Shown here: positions 1-9,646 of the stretch, one piece after another
How the letters are laid out: each line of letters starts with the position of its first letter
Position numbering within the stretch: position 1 is the stretch's first letter
Source: an uncultured Hyphomicrobiales bacterium
Lineage (GTDB): Bacteria; Pseudomonadota; Alphaproteobacteria; Rhizobiales; TMED25
Direction: 5' to 3'
DNA length: 64,000 nucleotides
Assembly (NCBI GenBank): GCA_905181735.1
Contig: CAJIYR010000006.1
Span: 64,803-128,802 of the forward strand
The notes under the pieces: model-generated
Told to the model about the DNA's origin: nothing
Databases searched by the model: none
The model's input: only the letters and a program-made list of their open reading frames with translations
Made by a program: the position numbers and the translations under genes

Positions 1-957
1 GTCTTTTCAGCTCACACTGATACAGTGCCTGCTAACCCAAAGGAATGGAAATATAATCCATTAAAGATGACCGAATTCAATCGTCGCTATTATGGTTTGG
101 GATCGGTTGATATGAAGGGTTTTATTTCAATTATCTTATCAATGATACCTTATTTTCAACACATCGCTTCAGTTCGCCCAATCCATATTGCATTATCTTA
201 TGATGAAGAGGTTGGATGTCTTGGCGTGCGTCCTTTACTGAAAAGTATGCAACAAGAAATAGCAAAGCCATACTTAGTGATTGTTGGTGAGCCAACGGAG
301 CAGATAGTTGTTAATAGCCATAAAAGTTGTTATACATTTAATACAATATTCAAAGGGAAAGAAGCTCATTCAAGTAATCCAAATTGGGGGCTTAATTCTA
401 TAATATACGGGGCAATGTTTATTGACAAACTTAGTAAAATTAGCAAAGACATATTACTAGAAGAAAAAAGAAACAATAACTTTATCCCTCCAAATACTAC
501 CATTAATATAGGAAAAATATCTGGAGGCAAGGCACATAATATAGTACCTAGTTTTTGTGAAATTATATGGAATTTAAGGGTTTTGCCAGATACAAATCTT
601 GATGTCATTATTCAAAAAATAGAGAATATTAGGCTAGAAATTTTAGAAAAGCATATGCAACCTCTTTATAAAGATGCAGACATAAAGACAGAAATGACAA
701 GCAGCATCTTGCCATTAGATACTAAAATTGATTCTTCAGTATTAATTTTCATGAAGAAAATATTAAGTGATGATAGGATTGAATCGGTTTCGTATGGAAC
801 TGATGGTGGATTTTTTAGTCAAATTGGATGGCCGACATTGATTTGTGGTCCAGGTAGCATAAAACAGGCCCATCAACCTAATGAGTATATTAATATAGAC
901 GATATAGAAAATTATATGAATTTCGTATTTAAATTAGTGAACGAACTTAACGCTTAA
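1..957 (+). CDS. argE: Acetylornithine deacetylase (M20 peptidase), 5'-truncated by window edge
   Basis: The frame is open from nt 1 (VFSAHTDTVPA...), so the GTG at 25 is internal. M20 motifs HTDTVP, GLGSVDMKG and GEPTE are present, with an ArgE-like C-terminus (AHQPNEY). Confidence 0.8.
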   Translation, partial: VFSAHTDTVPANPKEWKYNPLKMTEFNRRYYGLGSVDMKGFISIILSMIPYFQHIASVRPIHIALSYDEEVGCLGVRPLLKSMQQEIAKPYLVIVGEPTEQIVVNSHKSCYTFNTIFKGKEAHSSNPNWGLNSIIYGAMFIDKLSKISKDILLEEKRNNNFIPPNTTINIGKISGGKAHNIVPSFCEIIWNLRVLPDTNLDVIIQKIENIRLEILEKHMQPLYKDADIKTEMTSSILPLDTKIDSSVLIFMKKILSDDRIESVSYGTDGGFFSQIGWPTLICGPGSIKQAHQPNEYINIDDIENYMNFVFKLVNELNA

Positions 958-1828
958 CTTTGTAATCTTTTCCGCAAAATTCGCACTTTATAACTATATT
1001 TCCATCAATTGTAATATCTTCTATATCATCCTCAGTAAAAGATTTTAAAAGAGACTCTATTTTATTTTTAGAGCACTGACATGAATGCTTTAATTTAATA
1101 GGACTATATACAGTTGTATCATACTCATTAAAAAGCCTGTAAAGAAGGTCCTCTGCATTGAGAGAGAGGTCTATTAATTCATCATAAGTGACTGTATCTA
1201 GGAGATGAGTTGTGGTGTTCCATAGATCGTTGTCTTCTATGGTTTGGTTATCCTGGTTTGGCATTTTTTGTAGAATGATTCCTCCAGATATCCATTTTTC
1301 TTTTTGTCCATAATATTTTACTTTGCCACACGCAAGAAATAGTTTTGTAGGTATTTGTTCTGAATCTTGGAAATATGAATAAGCAGAGGACACTAAGTTT
1401 CCATTTTTTAGCTGAGTTATGCCTTGGTAATTTTCCATTTCATGCCCTTGATCTATTGTCATTGCCATATGACCATTCCCTAGTAATTGTCTTGTATCAG
1501 CTATTATTTTTTCTTCTTTAAAATGGGCATAAGCTCTTATGCTTCCGGGTGTTTTAAAATCAGCGATTAATAGATTGATTGGTCCGTCTGAATTTATTTG
1601 ACATGTAAACTTACCATCAAACTTAAGAGCACTACCAAGCATAGAGCTGAGTGCAATCGTTTCCCCTAAAATAACATTAACTTTTTCGGGATATTCGTGT
1701 TGGGATAAAATGTTATTAACAACATTGCCTGACTTAAATATTCTTCCTCGAACACTATTCCTCCCAAGTGAGAAGGGTGTAATAACATCATCCTTGATAT
1801 TTTCTTTAATAAGTTTAGAGGGTTCCAA
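947..1828 (-). CDS. hslO: Hsp33 redox-regulated chaperone
   Basis: 293 aa. The C-terminal zinc switch is CQCS...CEFCGKDY (CXC...CXXC). It follows argD-argF as in many alphaproteobacteria. Confidence 0.9.
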   Translation of the reverse strand: MEPSKLIKENIKDDVITPFSLGRNSVRGRIFKSGNVVNNILSQHEYPEKVNVILGETIALSSMLGSALKFDGKFTCQINSDGPINLLIADFKTPGSIRAYAHFKEEKIIADTRQLLGNGHMAMTIDQGHEMENYQGITQLKNGNLVSSAYSYFQDSEQIPTKLFLACGKVKYYGQKEKWISGGIILQKMPNQDNQTIEDNDLWNTTTHLLDTVTYDELIDLSLNAEDLLYRLFNEYDTTVYSPIKLKHSCQCSKNKIESLLKSFTEDDIEDITIDGNIVIKCEFCGKDYKVKR

Positions 1829-1832
1829 TAAA

Positions 1833-2765
1833 TCAGACCTTCATTCCCATACACCATGCAATAATTGCTTTTTGCACATGCAATCTATTTTCAGCTTCGT
1901 CCCATATAACTGACTGTTGTCCATCTATTACCTCTTCTGTAACTTCTTCGCCTCTGTGTGCCGGTAAGCAATGCATAAATATAGCATTTGGAGATGCTAT
2001 TTTCATTAAATCATTATTTACTTGAAACGGTTGTAAGAGTTGTTTTTTTCTTTCTGTATTTTTGTCTCCCATTGAAGCCCATGTATCGGTTATTACACAA
2101 TCAGCATTTTCAATTGCTTTCTCTGGAATACTGGTTAAGAAAATTTTACCATTTTTTTTCTTGGCTGCTTCAGTTATACTAACAGACGGCTGTAAATCAT
2201 CTGGACATGCTAAGTGCAGTTCAAAATTAAACTTATCAGATGCTTCTATCCATGTATTGGCAACATTATTTCCGTCACCACACCACGCAATCTTTTTTCC
2301 TTGAATACTACCAATCTTTTCTTCAAATGTCATGATATCTGCCATAATTTGACAAGGGTGATTAAGATCAGATAATCCATTTATCACTGGTATTGTTGCA
2401 TTATTGGCAAATTCAATTAGATCAGTATGGTTAGAAGATCTTATTATAATTGCGTTTACATATCTCGATAATACATGAGCTGTATCACTAACGGTTTCGC
2501 CTCTGCCTAACTGCGTTTCTCCAGCAGGTAAAAATAGACTAGAGGCACCCAATTGATTAATAGCGACTTCAAAAGAAACTCTCGTGCGCGTAGAGGGTTT
2601 TTCGAACATCATGGCAATAGATTTTTTAGATGCTAATTTTGAATATTCATTAGTACTTGAATTCAAATCATTTTTAAGTATATGAGCGTTAGTAATTATT
2701 TGTTTAAGATCAGTTGATTCGATCTCGGATAAATTAATAAAGTGTCTTAATTTTGTATTTTTCAT
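1833..2765 (-). CDS. argF: Ornithine carbamoyltransferase
   Basis: Motifs STRTRVSFE, HPCQ and HCLPAHRGEE. I prefer the ATG at 2765 (MKNTKLRHF...), 1 nt after the argD stop. The track ORF extends to 2792. Confidence 0.9.
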   Translation of the reverse strand: MKNTKLRHFINLSEIESTDLKQIITNAHILKNDLNSSTNEYSKLASKKSIAMMFEKPSTRTRVSFEVAINQLGASSLFLPAGETQLGRGETVSDTAHVLSRYVNAIIIRSSNHTDLIEFANNATIPVINGLSDLNHPCQIMADIMTFEEKIGSIQGKKIAWCGDGNNVANTWIEASDKFNFELHLACPDDLQPSVSITEAAKKKNGKIFLTSIPEKAIENADCVITDTWASMGDKNTERKKQLLQPFQVNNDLMKIASPNAIFMHCLPAHRGEEVTEEVIDGQQSVIWDEAENRLHVQKAIIAWCMGMKV

Positions 2766-2766
2766 A

Positions 2767-3948
2767 TTATTTCTTATTTTTAATGTTTTCACAACATTTA
2801 GATATAATCTTTGTAACCTCTAATATTTCTTTTTCGTTAATAGTTAGTGGTGGAAGTAATCTTAATACATTTTCTCCCGCACCAACGCTAAGTATTTTAT
2901 TTTTAAATAATTCGTCAGATAAGACAGTATTTTTAATATTACACTCTAATCCTATCATTAATCCTTTTCCTCTTATACTAGAGATTATTTCTGGATAATC
3001 TTTGCAAATTATTTTTAAATTTTTATGAAATAATGATGAATTAATATTTACTTTTTCTAGGAAGTTTCTTTCTTGAATAATATCTAGTACAGCATTGCCA
3101 ACAGCCATCCCAAGAGGGTTTCCACCAAAAGTTGATCCATGAGTACCTGGAATTAATCCTCTTGATGCTTCCTCTGTCATTAAACAAGCGCCCATTGGGA
3201 ATCCGCCGCCGATACCTTTTGCGACTGCCATTATATCTGGCCTTACATTTGCCCATTCATGAGCGAATAATTTTCCTGTCCTACCCATCCCACACTGCAC
3301 TTCATCTAAAATTAGCAATAGATTATTGTCTTTTGTAATTTTTCTTAATTCTTTTAAAAAATCATTATCAATTACTCTAATTCCTCCTTCACCTTGGATT
3401 GGCTCTATTAATATTGCAGCTGTTGTGTCCCCAATTATTTCTTTTAAAAGCTCAATATTGTGTATTGGAATACTATCAAACCCTTCTAATGGAGTCCCAA
3501 ACCCCTCTAGATGGTTAGGATTATTTGCTGCTGATATTGTCCCTAGTGTTCGACCATGAAAGGCTCCTTGAAATGTTATAATTCTGGTCTTATCTTTATC
3601 TCCTAATGAGAAATGATACTTTCGCGCAGCTTTTATACTAGCCTCAACGGCTTCAGCTCCTGAGTTACAAAAAAATACTTTATCAGCGAATGATAGATCG
3701 GTTAATCTGTTGGCTAGCAATTCTTGCTCTGGAATTCTATAGAGATTCGAAACATGCCATAATTTATTTGCCTGTTCGATTAATTTATCAATGAGATGTT
3801 TGTTTGAATGCCCAACGGCATTTACTGCAATGCCGCTAGCAAGATCATAATATCTTTCTCCACTTTCTGTGTACAGGTATATTCCTTTACCAGATTCAAA
3901 GGTTATAGGATTTCTATTATATGTATTTGCTACCGATGAACTCATCAT
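2767..3948 (-). CDS. argD: Acetylornithine aminotransferase (class III PLP)
   Basis: Class III aminotransferase motifs (DEVQCGMGRTGK, AKGIGGGFP). A GAGG Shine-Dalgarno sits just upstream of the tandem ATG ATG at 3948/3945. The TTG at 3975 is less likely. Confidence 0.9.
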   Translation of the reverse strand: MMSSSVANTYNRNPITFESGKGIYLYTESGERYYDLASGIAVNAVGHSNKHLIDKLIEQANKLWHVSNLYRIPEQELLANRLTDLSFADKVFFCNSGAEAVEASIKAARKYHFSLGDKDKTRIITFQGAFHGRTLGTISAANNPNHLEGFGTPLEGFDSIPIHNIELLKEIIGDTTAAILIEPIQGEGGIRVIDNDFLKELRKITKDNNLLLILDEVQCGMGRTGKLFAHEWANVRPDIMAVAKGIGGGFPMGACLMTEEASRGLIPGTHGSTFGGNPLGMAVGNAVLDIIQERNFLEKVNINSSLFHKNLKIICKDYPEIISSIRGKGLMIGLECNIKNTVLSDELFKNKILSVGAGENVLRLLPPLTINEKEILEVTKIISKCCENIKNKK

Positions 3949-4044
3949 TACCTCTATTAAATAAAAAACCACCAAATCAATGGCGGATAATTTTGGAAAT
4001 AACTACTTTAACCTTGATTTTATTTAAGTCAATCTTTTGTATAT

Positions 4045-4851
4045 TTATGATTTTACTTTATAGCCTCTGCTGATCATTGAGTAACATATGATAAAGAGGA
4101 TAATATTTAATATAAATAAAAATAATCCACCAAACAGGATATTGCTATCAGCATATCCTGTTATCCCATATCTAAAACCATCAATCGCATGGAAAAAAGG
4201 ATTAAATTTTGCATATTGATAAACGCCATCGGGCAAATCTTTTATTGAGTAAAATGTACCAGATAAGAATGTCATAGGAGTGATAATAAAATTTGTAATA
4301 GTCCCCATATGATCAAATTTCTCTGCCCATAATCCACCGGAAATGCCAATTAGAGCCATCATTAGAGAGCCCATAACAGCAAAGAAGAATGTTATAAATA
4401 TATTATGTATCGTGAAGTTGGTGAACAGAGAAATGATAAAAAAACCTATAATAGCTAAAAGAATGCCTCTTGCAATTCCACCTAGCGCATAACCTGTTGT
4501 AACCTCAATTGAATTTAGTGGGGGCATTAAAATATCAATTATAACACCCTGAACTTTTGCGCTCACTATCGAAGAAGAGGTATTTGCAAAAGAATTTTGT
4601 AAAACAACCATCATTATTAGCCCGGGGGCAAGAAAATTAACGAAAGGTAACCCACCAATTTCAGGTCGAGTTTTTCCAATTGCAACACTGAAAACAAATA
4701 AAAATAATAGACTGGTTACGATTGGGCCAAATATCGTTTGTTGCCAAACTTTTAGAAATCTCCGGACCTCTCTTGATATCAAAGTCCACAGTCCTAACCA
4801 GTTAACTCTACCAAAGGATCTTAATGTTTTTTTCTCAACGCGCTGATTCAT
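4045..4851 (-). CDS. ABC-2 type transporter permease (no adjacent ATPase)
   Basis: 268 aa with about 6 hydrophobic segments. The layout is ABC-2/NodJ/YadH-like. Confidence 0.7.
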   Translation of the reverse strand: MNQRVEKKTLRSFGRVNWLGLWTLISREVRRFLKVWQQTIFGPIVTSLLFLFVFSVAIGKTRPEIGGLPFVNFLAPGLIMMVVLQNSFANTSSSIVSAKVQGVIIDILMPPLNSIEVTTGYALGGIARGILLAIIGFFIISLFTNFTIHNIFITFFFAVMGSLMMALIGISGGLWAEKFDHMGTITNFIITPMTFLSGTFYSIKDLPDGVYQYAKFNPFFHAIDGFRYGITGYADSNILFGGLFLFILNIILFIICYSMISRGYKVKS

Positions 4852-5016
4852 TTTTTTTCTCTAATTTGTAATGATTTATACAATTTATCTTTGGGATAAA
4901 CAACACTAAAAGATTGCTGTATGAATAGCATATATAGTATTATCATAAATAGAAACATTCTATATGTAGAATACATAAATTTTATTACTATTATTAATAC
5001 TATTAAGGGAAAAGAC

Positions 5017-5499
5017 ATGGCTTGGACAGATGATAGAGTAAAAATTCTTAAAAAATTATGGTCTGAAGGTCTTAGTGCAAGTCAAATCGCTAATAAGATT
5101 GGTGATGTGACAAGGAATGCAGTCATAGGTAAAGTTCATAGATTAGGTCTAGAAGGTAGAGCAAAATCAATAAGAAGTAGTGATTTATCAGTCAGTCAAC
5201 TAAAATCCAATGTAGTTTCTGTAACATATTCTGGTAATTTAGCTCTTAAAGCTATTATTGACCCTATAAATGATGTGATATCTGTTGGTCAGTCTATAAC
5301 ACAAGGGTTTGAGGCGGTGCAGATTTCACCAGGCGAGCACGTTACAATACTTACTCTCAATGAAAATAGGTGCAAATGGCCTATAGGAGATCCAAGTGAT
5401 GCAGATTTTCATTTTTGTGGCCACGAGCCAAAGAGTAAGGCGCCGTATTGTACAGAACATTCCAAAGTTGCATTTAAGCCATTAAGGCTTAGGAAATAG
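5017..5499 (+). CDS. gcrA: GcrA cell-cycle regulator
   Basis: N-terminus MAWTDDRVKILKKLWSEGLSASQIANKIG...RNAVIGKVHRLGL and C-terminus CKWPIGDP...FCG are both characteristic of GcrA. The AT-rich extension from 4921 is unlikely to be coding. Confidence 0.85.
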   Translation: MAWTDDRVKILKKLWSEGLSASQIANKIGDVTRNAVIGKVHRLGLEGRAKSIRSSDLSVSQLKSNVVSVTYSGNLALKAIIDPINDVISVGQSITQGFEAVQISPGEHVTILTLNENRCKWPIGDPSDADFHFCGHEPKSKAPYCTEHSKVAFKPLRLRK

Positions 5500-5508
5500 T
5501 AAGAAAAA

Positions 5509-6390
5509 TTAGACAGTTAGTTGGTAAGATACTGGAATCCACTTATATTGTCCTTTTTCTTTCCCTATGTAGCCAATTGATGGGAAAGGCATGTGATAAC
5601 CGATAATTGGTATTTTATCATTAAAAACCATTTCAAGTATTTTTTTTCTTGTAATAACAGCTTGTTCTTTATCGTCATCAAACGCGACATGCCATTCGGG
5701 TACTTGAAGTGATACAACATAATGATTTGTGACGTCAGCAGTAATTAATAATTGTTTGTTCTCGCTTTCCAAGTAGTAAGCCATGTGACCATTTGAATGA
5801 CCAAATGCTTCTAACGCAGTTATTCCACTGACAACATCTTGTCCACTTTCAATAAATCGCATTCTGTCTGACAGTGGCAAGCATATTTTATCAAAAAGTT
5901 TTTTGTTTGGAATTCTCTGTTCTGGTACAAAGTCTCCATTTTTCCAAAAATCATATTCAACTCTACCTATAACTATCTCAGCATTTGGAAAATAGTTATC
6001 ATTTATGAGCTCTAATCCACCAATATGGTCAGGATGGCAATGGGTAATTACAATATAATCAATATCAGCATGGTCGTAGCCTGCTTTTTCTAAAAGATAC
6101 ATAAGCTGGCCTTTATTTTCATTGTTAAGGTTGCCATTTCCAGTATCAAATAGAATTAGATATTTACCTGTATTAACTAAAGTGGGGGTAAATCCATGCT
6201 CAAATCTTTTTGCAGGTAGATTATTTTCGATTGCTAGTTTATGTAATAATTTCTCATCAATATTATTCCCGAATATTGGATAAGGGCCGTCCCTTGATAT
6301 AGTGCTATCTAAAAATGTTGCAATCTCAAAATCACCTAAAGTAAACCTATAAGTGTCAGGACGAATTATACCAAGCTTCTTTTTGTTCAT
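5509..6390 (-). CDS. MBL-fold metallo-hydrolase
   Basis: Contains the HCHPDHIGG (HxHxDH) motif and downstream His residues. 293 aa. Confidence 0.75.
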   Translation of the reverse strand: MNKKKLGIIRPDTYRFTLGDFEIATFLDSTISRDGPYPIFGNNIDEKLLHKLAIENNLPAKRFEHGFTPTLVNTGKYLILFDTGNGNLNNENKGQLMYLLEKAGYDHADIDYIVITHCHPDHIGGLELINDNYFPNAEIVIGRVEYDFWKNGDFVPEQRIPNKKLFDKICLPLSDRMRFIESGQDVVSGITALEAFGHSNGHMAYYLESENKQLLITADVTNHYVVSLQVPEWHVAFDDDKEQAVITRKKILEMVFNDKIPIIGYHMPFPSIGYIGKEKGQYKWIPVSYQLTV

Positions 6391-6415
6391 TTTATATCCC
6401 CAAATTACTCTTAAT

Positions 6416-7276
6416 TTATTTTAAATATTTCGATATTGACGCTTTATATTCTTTTGAAGACGAAAGCTTTTCTAAGTAGTCTTTCTCTAAGACTTTCACC
6501 TTATCATAGTTATTGTTATCACTGAGTGTTTTTAACGCATTTCTATAGGCTTCCAAGGCAGCAAAATATGGTATATGTCCAGGTAAGCTTATGTTTATGC
6601 CATACGATGATAATTGTTTTAGGCTTAGTAGATCCGGAGAGACTCCTCCTAATATTATAGGTATTGCAAAACTACTTCCTAAAGTTTTAACATCATCTAT
6701 ATTATCAATATTAGGAAAAAACAAAGCGTCAGCCCCCACATTTTGATATGCTTTCCCGCGTTTTAATGCTTCCTCAATACCAAGGTATTTAGTCGAACTG
6801 GTTCTAGCTATTATCATCATCGAAGGATTTTTTTTTGCATTAACTGCAGCGTCAATTTTAGATGTCGCTTCTTCTATTGATATAAAATCTGGTACATCTG
6901 TTTTTTTGAATGGTAGGGGCAGATTAGTGTCTTCAATTGATATTCCTGAAGCACCAGCATGCTCAAGTTCTTCAACAGATCTCATGACATTTAATGCATT
7001 CCCATAGCCATGGTCTGCATCGATTATTATAGGCATAGAACAAGATCTTTTTATTCGCCTAACTGCATCACTTAATTCAGTTATTGAAAGTAACATTAAA
7101 TCTGGTACAGACAGAAGATTTAATGACATTACCATTCCAGGTACAATGCCTACTTTATAGTTAAGGCTCTCTGCAATTTTACCTGACATAGGATCGAATA
7201 CAGTAGCAGGATGCACACAGCTTGCTTCACTTAAAGTTTTGCGAAGAGATTCATTAGTATTATTTATTCTATTCAT
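6416..7276 (-). CDS. Isocitrate lyase / PEP mutase superfamily protein (atypical)
   Basis: Contains IIIDADHGYG and GISIED motifs of the ICL/PEPM fold. The canonical K(K/R)CGH gating-loop motif after IED is absent (the sequence reads IEDTNLPLPFKKTD). Confidence 0.7.
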   Translation of the reverse strand: MNRINNTNESLRKTLSEASCVHPATVFDPMSGKIAESLNYKVGIVPGMVMSLNLLSVPDLMLLSITELSDAVRRIKRSCSMPIIIDADHGYGNALNVMRSVEELEHAGASGISIEDTNLPLPFKKTDVPDFISIEEATSKIDAAVNAKKNPSMMIIARTSSTKYLGIEEALKRGKAYQNVGADALFFPNIDNIDDVKTLGSSFAIPIILGGVSPDLLSLKQLSSYGINISLPGHIPYFAALEAYRNALKTLSDNNNYDKVKVLEKDYLEKLSSSKEYKASISKYLK

Positions 7277-7403
7277 TATTAATCCTTAAAAATGATACTT
7301 CAATTATTATATGATATTAGCGAGAGATAAGCATGTAACCATGCTTCATATTTTTTTGCATGGGCATTTGTGTCAGATAATATTCTATATAATAATTTCT
7401 CAG

Positions 7404-7808
7404 CTAATCTTCAAGAGGCTTCCAATCGTCTTTTTTTTCATCCCATTGATCAAAAATACTCTGGGCAGCTTTAAGTGCATGATTGGTTTTTGGGAATCCT
7501 ATGTAAGGAGAACACTGAAGTATTACTTCTATTAATTCGTCCCTAGTAGCCCCTCGATTTAAAGCGCCCCTTACATGAAGGCCAACTTCATGCGGTAAGT
7601 CTTGCGCTGCTGCTGCTGCCATGACAATCATTTCACGAGTTTTTAAATCTAAATTAGGTCGATCCCATATTGTGCCAAAACAATAATCATGTATTGCGTC
7701 GGCGTGAGTAGGACAAATTTTATAAAGATCTTCCCACCTTTCTAAACCTTCTTTACCAAAAGATTCATCCCTAATTTTTTTACCTTTTTTATATCTTTCG
7801 CTACTCAT
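7404..7808 (-). CDS. Carboxymuconolactone decarboxylase (CMD/AhpD-like) family protein
   Basis: 134 aa. The CMD-family core (TREMIVMAAAAA..., ELIEVILQCSPYIGFP) is present. Confidence 0.75.
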   Translation of the reverse strand: MSSERYKKGKKIRDESFGKEGLERWEDLYKICPTHADAIHDYCFGTIWDRPNLDLKTREMIVMAAAAAQDLPHEVGLHVRGALNRGATRDELIEVILQCSPYIGFPKTNHALKAAQSIFDQWDEKKDDWKPLED

Positions 7809-7845
7809 TGAATTCTCCTTTTTAAATTAGCCTTTTATTAAATAG

Positions 7846-8910
7846 TTATTTTTCATAAAAATCTATATATGATTTTATGTTTTTTATACTTTCTGCATTG
7901 CATATAGCTCTTCCAATTGCTCTTGCTAACGTATCTGCTGCCAGAGTGCCAAGTTCAGTAATAGAATTTTCTCTTGGACCCGATAATTTTATATTATTAT
8001 TTGAAATAGTAAATACTACATCCCCATCTAACGGAGTATTAATGGGCCTAATTGATCTAGCTAAACCCGCTTGTGACATTATAGCAAGTCTTTTAAGTTC
8101 TACTGTACTTAAGTCAGCGTTGGTTGCAATAATTGCTATTGTAGTGTTCTCTCTAGGTTTCTGGGCTGTGTTTTCTAATTTTGTATCTTTTAAAGCGTCG
8201 ATAAAAGAAGGTTTTTTATAAGAACGATCAGACGAAAGATCGGAAGTATTGAATTCATTGTTAATTTCGAAAGGAGCGCCCCATAAGATGTTTGTTCCAG
8301 GAATTACTGTTGATCCAATTGAATTTACCACTACCAATGCTCCAATAACTAACTCGCCGTCAATTGTTATTGATGCGCTGCCGATCCCACCTTTTAACTT
8401 TCCTGCTATCGCACCCATTCCTGCTCCATAGTTTCCTAAAGGAAAGTCAATTTTTGCATTTTTGTAAGCTTCTACTCCAAGTTCATAGTAAGGGGAGATT
8501 GAATTCCAATTTTTATTTCCACCATTTTTTAGATCAAACAAACAAGCTGTAGGTATAATTGGAGCTGAAATTGGCGACCCATCAATTTTATAGCCAATAT
8601 TTTTATGTCCAATTAGTGAAGTTATAGCACTCGCTGAATCAAGTCCGTATACAGATCCTCCTGAAATTACTAAGGCATTAATTTCATTCACCGTATTAAT
8701 TGGGTCCAATAGATCTAATTCACGGCTTGCAGGAGCTCCTCCGCGAATATCGCATGAAGCAATAAACTTTTGACTGGGAACTAATGCCGTAACCCCCGTG
8801 ATAATATCTTTATCCTCTGAATTACCAACCATTAATCCGCCAACATCTGTTATTAGATTATTTTTACCAGGACATTTTTTACCAGAAAAATTTATCATTT
8901 TATTATACAT
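7846..8910 (-). CDS. P1/S58 (DmpA-type) aminopeptidase family protein
   Basis: 354 aa. DmpA/BapA-like pattern with Gly-rich segments (SGGSVYGLD, NYGAGMGA) and NTTIAIIATNA. Confidence 0.75.
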   Translation of the reverse strand: MYNKMINFSGKKCPGKNNLITDVGGLMVGNSEDKDIITGVTALVPSQKFIASCDIRGGAPASRELDLLDPINTVNEINALVISGGSVYGLDSASAITSLIGHKNIGYKIDGSPISAPIIPTACLFDLKNGGNKNWNSISPYYELGVEAYKNAKIDFPLGNYGAGMGAIAGKLKGGIGSASITIDGELVIGALVVVNSIGSTVIPGTNILWGAPFEINNEFNTSDLSSDRSYKKPSFIDALKDTKLENTAQKPRENTTIAIIATNADLSTVELKRLAIMSQAGLARSIRPINTPLDGDVVFTISNNNIKLSGPRENSITELGTLAADTLARAIGRAICNAESIKNIKSYIDFYEK

Positions 8911-9106
8911 ATTTAAAATTAAATACTTATTGATGATATTTAGTCAACACTTGGTTGACTTGTTACTAGAGTGCTTCTATATAAATATAATATTTTATTT
9001 TATATTAAATTATTGATCGTTATATAATTTTATATTAATTGTCTTTAGAATGATATATTAATAATCTATAGATAATCTATTTTTTATATTTTTTGGAGTT
9101 ATTGTT

Positions 9107-9241
9107 TTGAAACGTACATACCAACCAAGTGTTCTAGTAAGAAAAAGACGTCACGGTTTTCGTTCACGTAAAGCTACAAGTGGTGGATTGAGAGTAATAG
9201 CTAGACGTCGTGCTAAAGGACGTAAGCGTTTATCTGCTTAA
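9107..9241 (+). CDS. rpmH: 50S ribosomal protein L34
   Basis: Not in the ORF track (44 aa). TTG start. Translation is [44 protein letters not shown]. It lies directly upstream of rnpA. Confidence 0.9.
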   Translation: MKRTYQPSVLVRKRRHGFRSRKATSGGLRVIARRRAKGRKRLSA

Positions 9242-9273
9242 AATTTCCAGCCACATATTAGGCGTCTAAATCA

Positions 9274-9603
9274 ATGGAATACTTAAAAAGTAGAAGAGAA
9301 TACTTAAGAGCGTCCGGTAAGGGCGCAAAGTGTATAACGCCATCATTTATTATACTTGCTTACCATCATGGAGATTGTGATCAGAAGAATCCTAGGGCTG
9401 GATTTACAGCTTCTAAAAAAATCGGTAATGCAGTAATTAGAAATAGAGCAAAAAGAAGATTAAAAGAAGCTGTTAGAATTTCGCTAGATGAAAATGCAAG
9501 AGAATATTATGATTATGTTCTTATAGCGAGAAAATATATAAATAATTATTCTTTTAATAGTATTTTAAAAGATTTAGAAAAATCTCTAAACAAACTTCAT
9601 TGA
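9274..9603 (+). CDS. rnpA: RNase P protein component
   Basis: 109 aa basic protein with the RNR motif (GNAVIRNRAKRRLKEA). Sits in rpmH-rnpA-yidC synteny. Confidence 0.85.
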   Translation: MEYLKSRREYLRASGKGAKCITPSFIILAYHHGDCDQKNPRAGFTASKKIGNAVIRNRAKRRLKEAVRISLDENAREYYDYVLIARKYINNYSFNSILKDLEKSLNKLH

Positions 9604-9646
9604 AAGATTTATAATAACTTAAATTAATATCCGGACTAAATAGAAA

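Noticed and set aside
4921-5016. A 32-codon N-terminal extension of gcrA in the ORF track, and likewise the upstream extensions of the ORFs at 40027, 53596 and 32224.
   Set aside because: The extensions are Ile/Asn/Tyr-rich, AT-rich sequence with no homology signal. The conserved protein N-termini begin at internal ATGs, one of which (40060) has a clear Shine-Dalgarno.
7311-7535. A 74-aa + strand ORF spanning the spacer and the 3' end of the CMD gene.
   Set aside because: It overlaps the well-supported CMD gene in antisense, has a hydrophobic low-complexity translation, and has no Shine-Dalgarno.
8911-9106. The rpmH-rnpA-yidC neighbourhood as a possible replication origin. The AT-rich 196-nt spacer contains a direct repeat ATAATCTAT x2 (9061-9080) and a 7-bp hairpin (8942-8960).
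   Set aside because: dnaA is not adjacent and I see no cluster of DnaA-box-like 9-mers (TTATCCACA-type). Alphaproteobacterial origins are generally not at this locus. The repeat is short and AT-rich.
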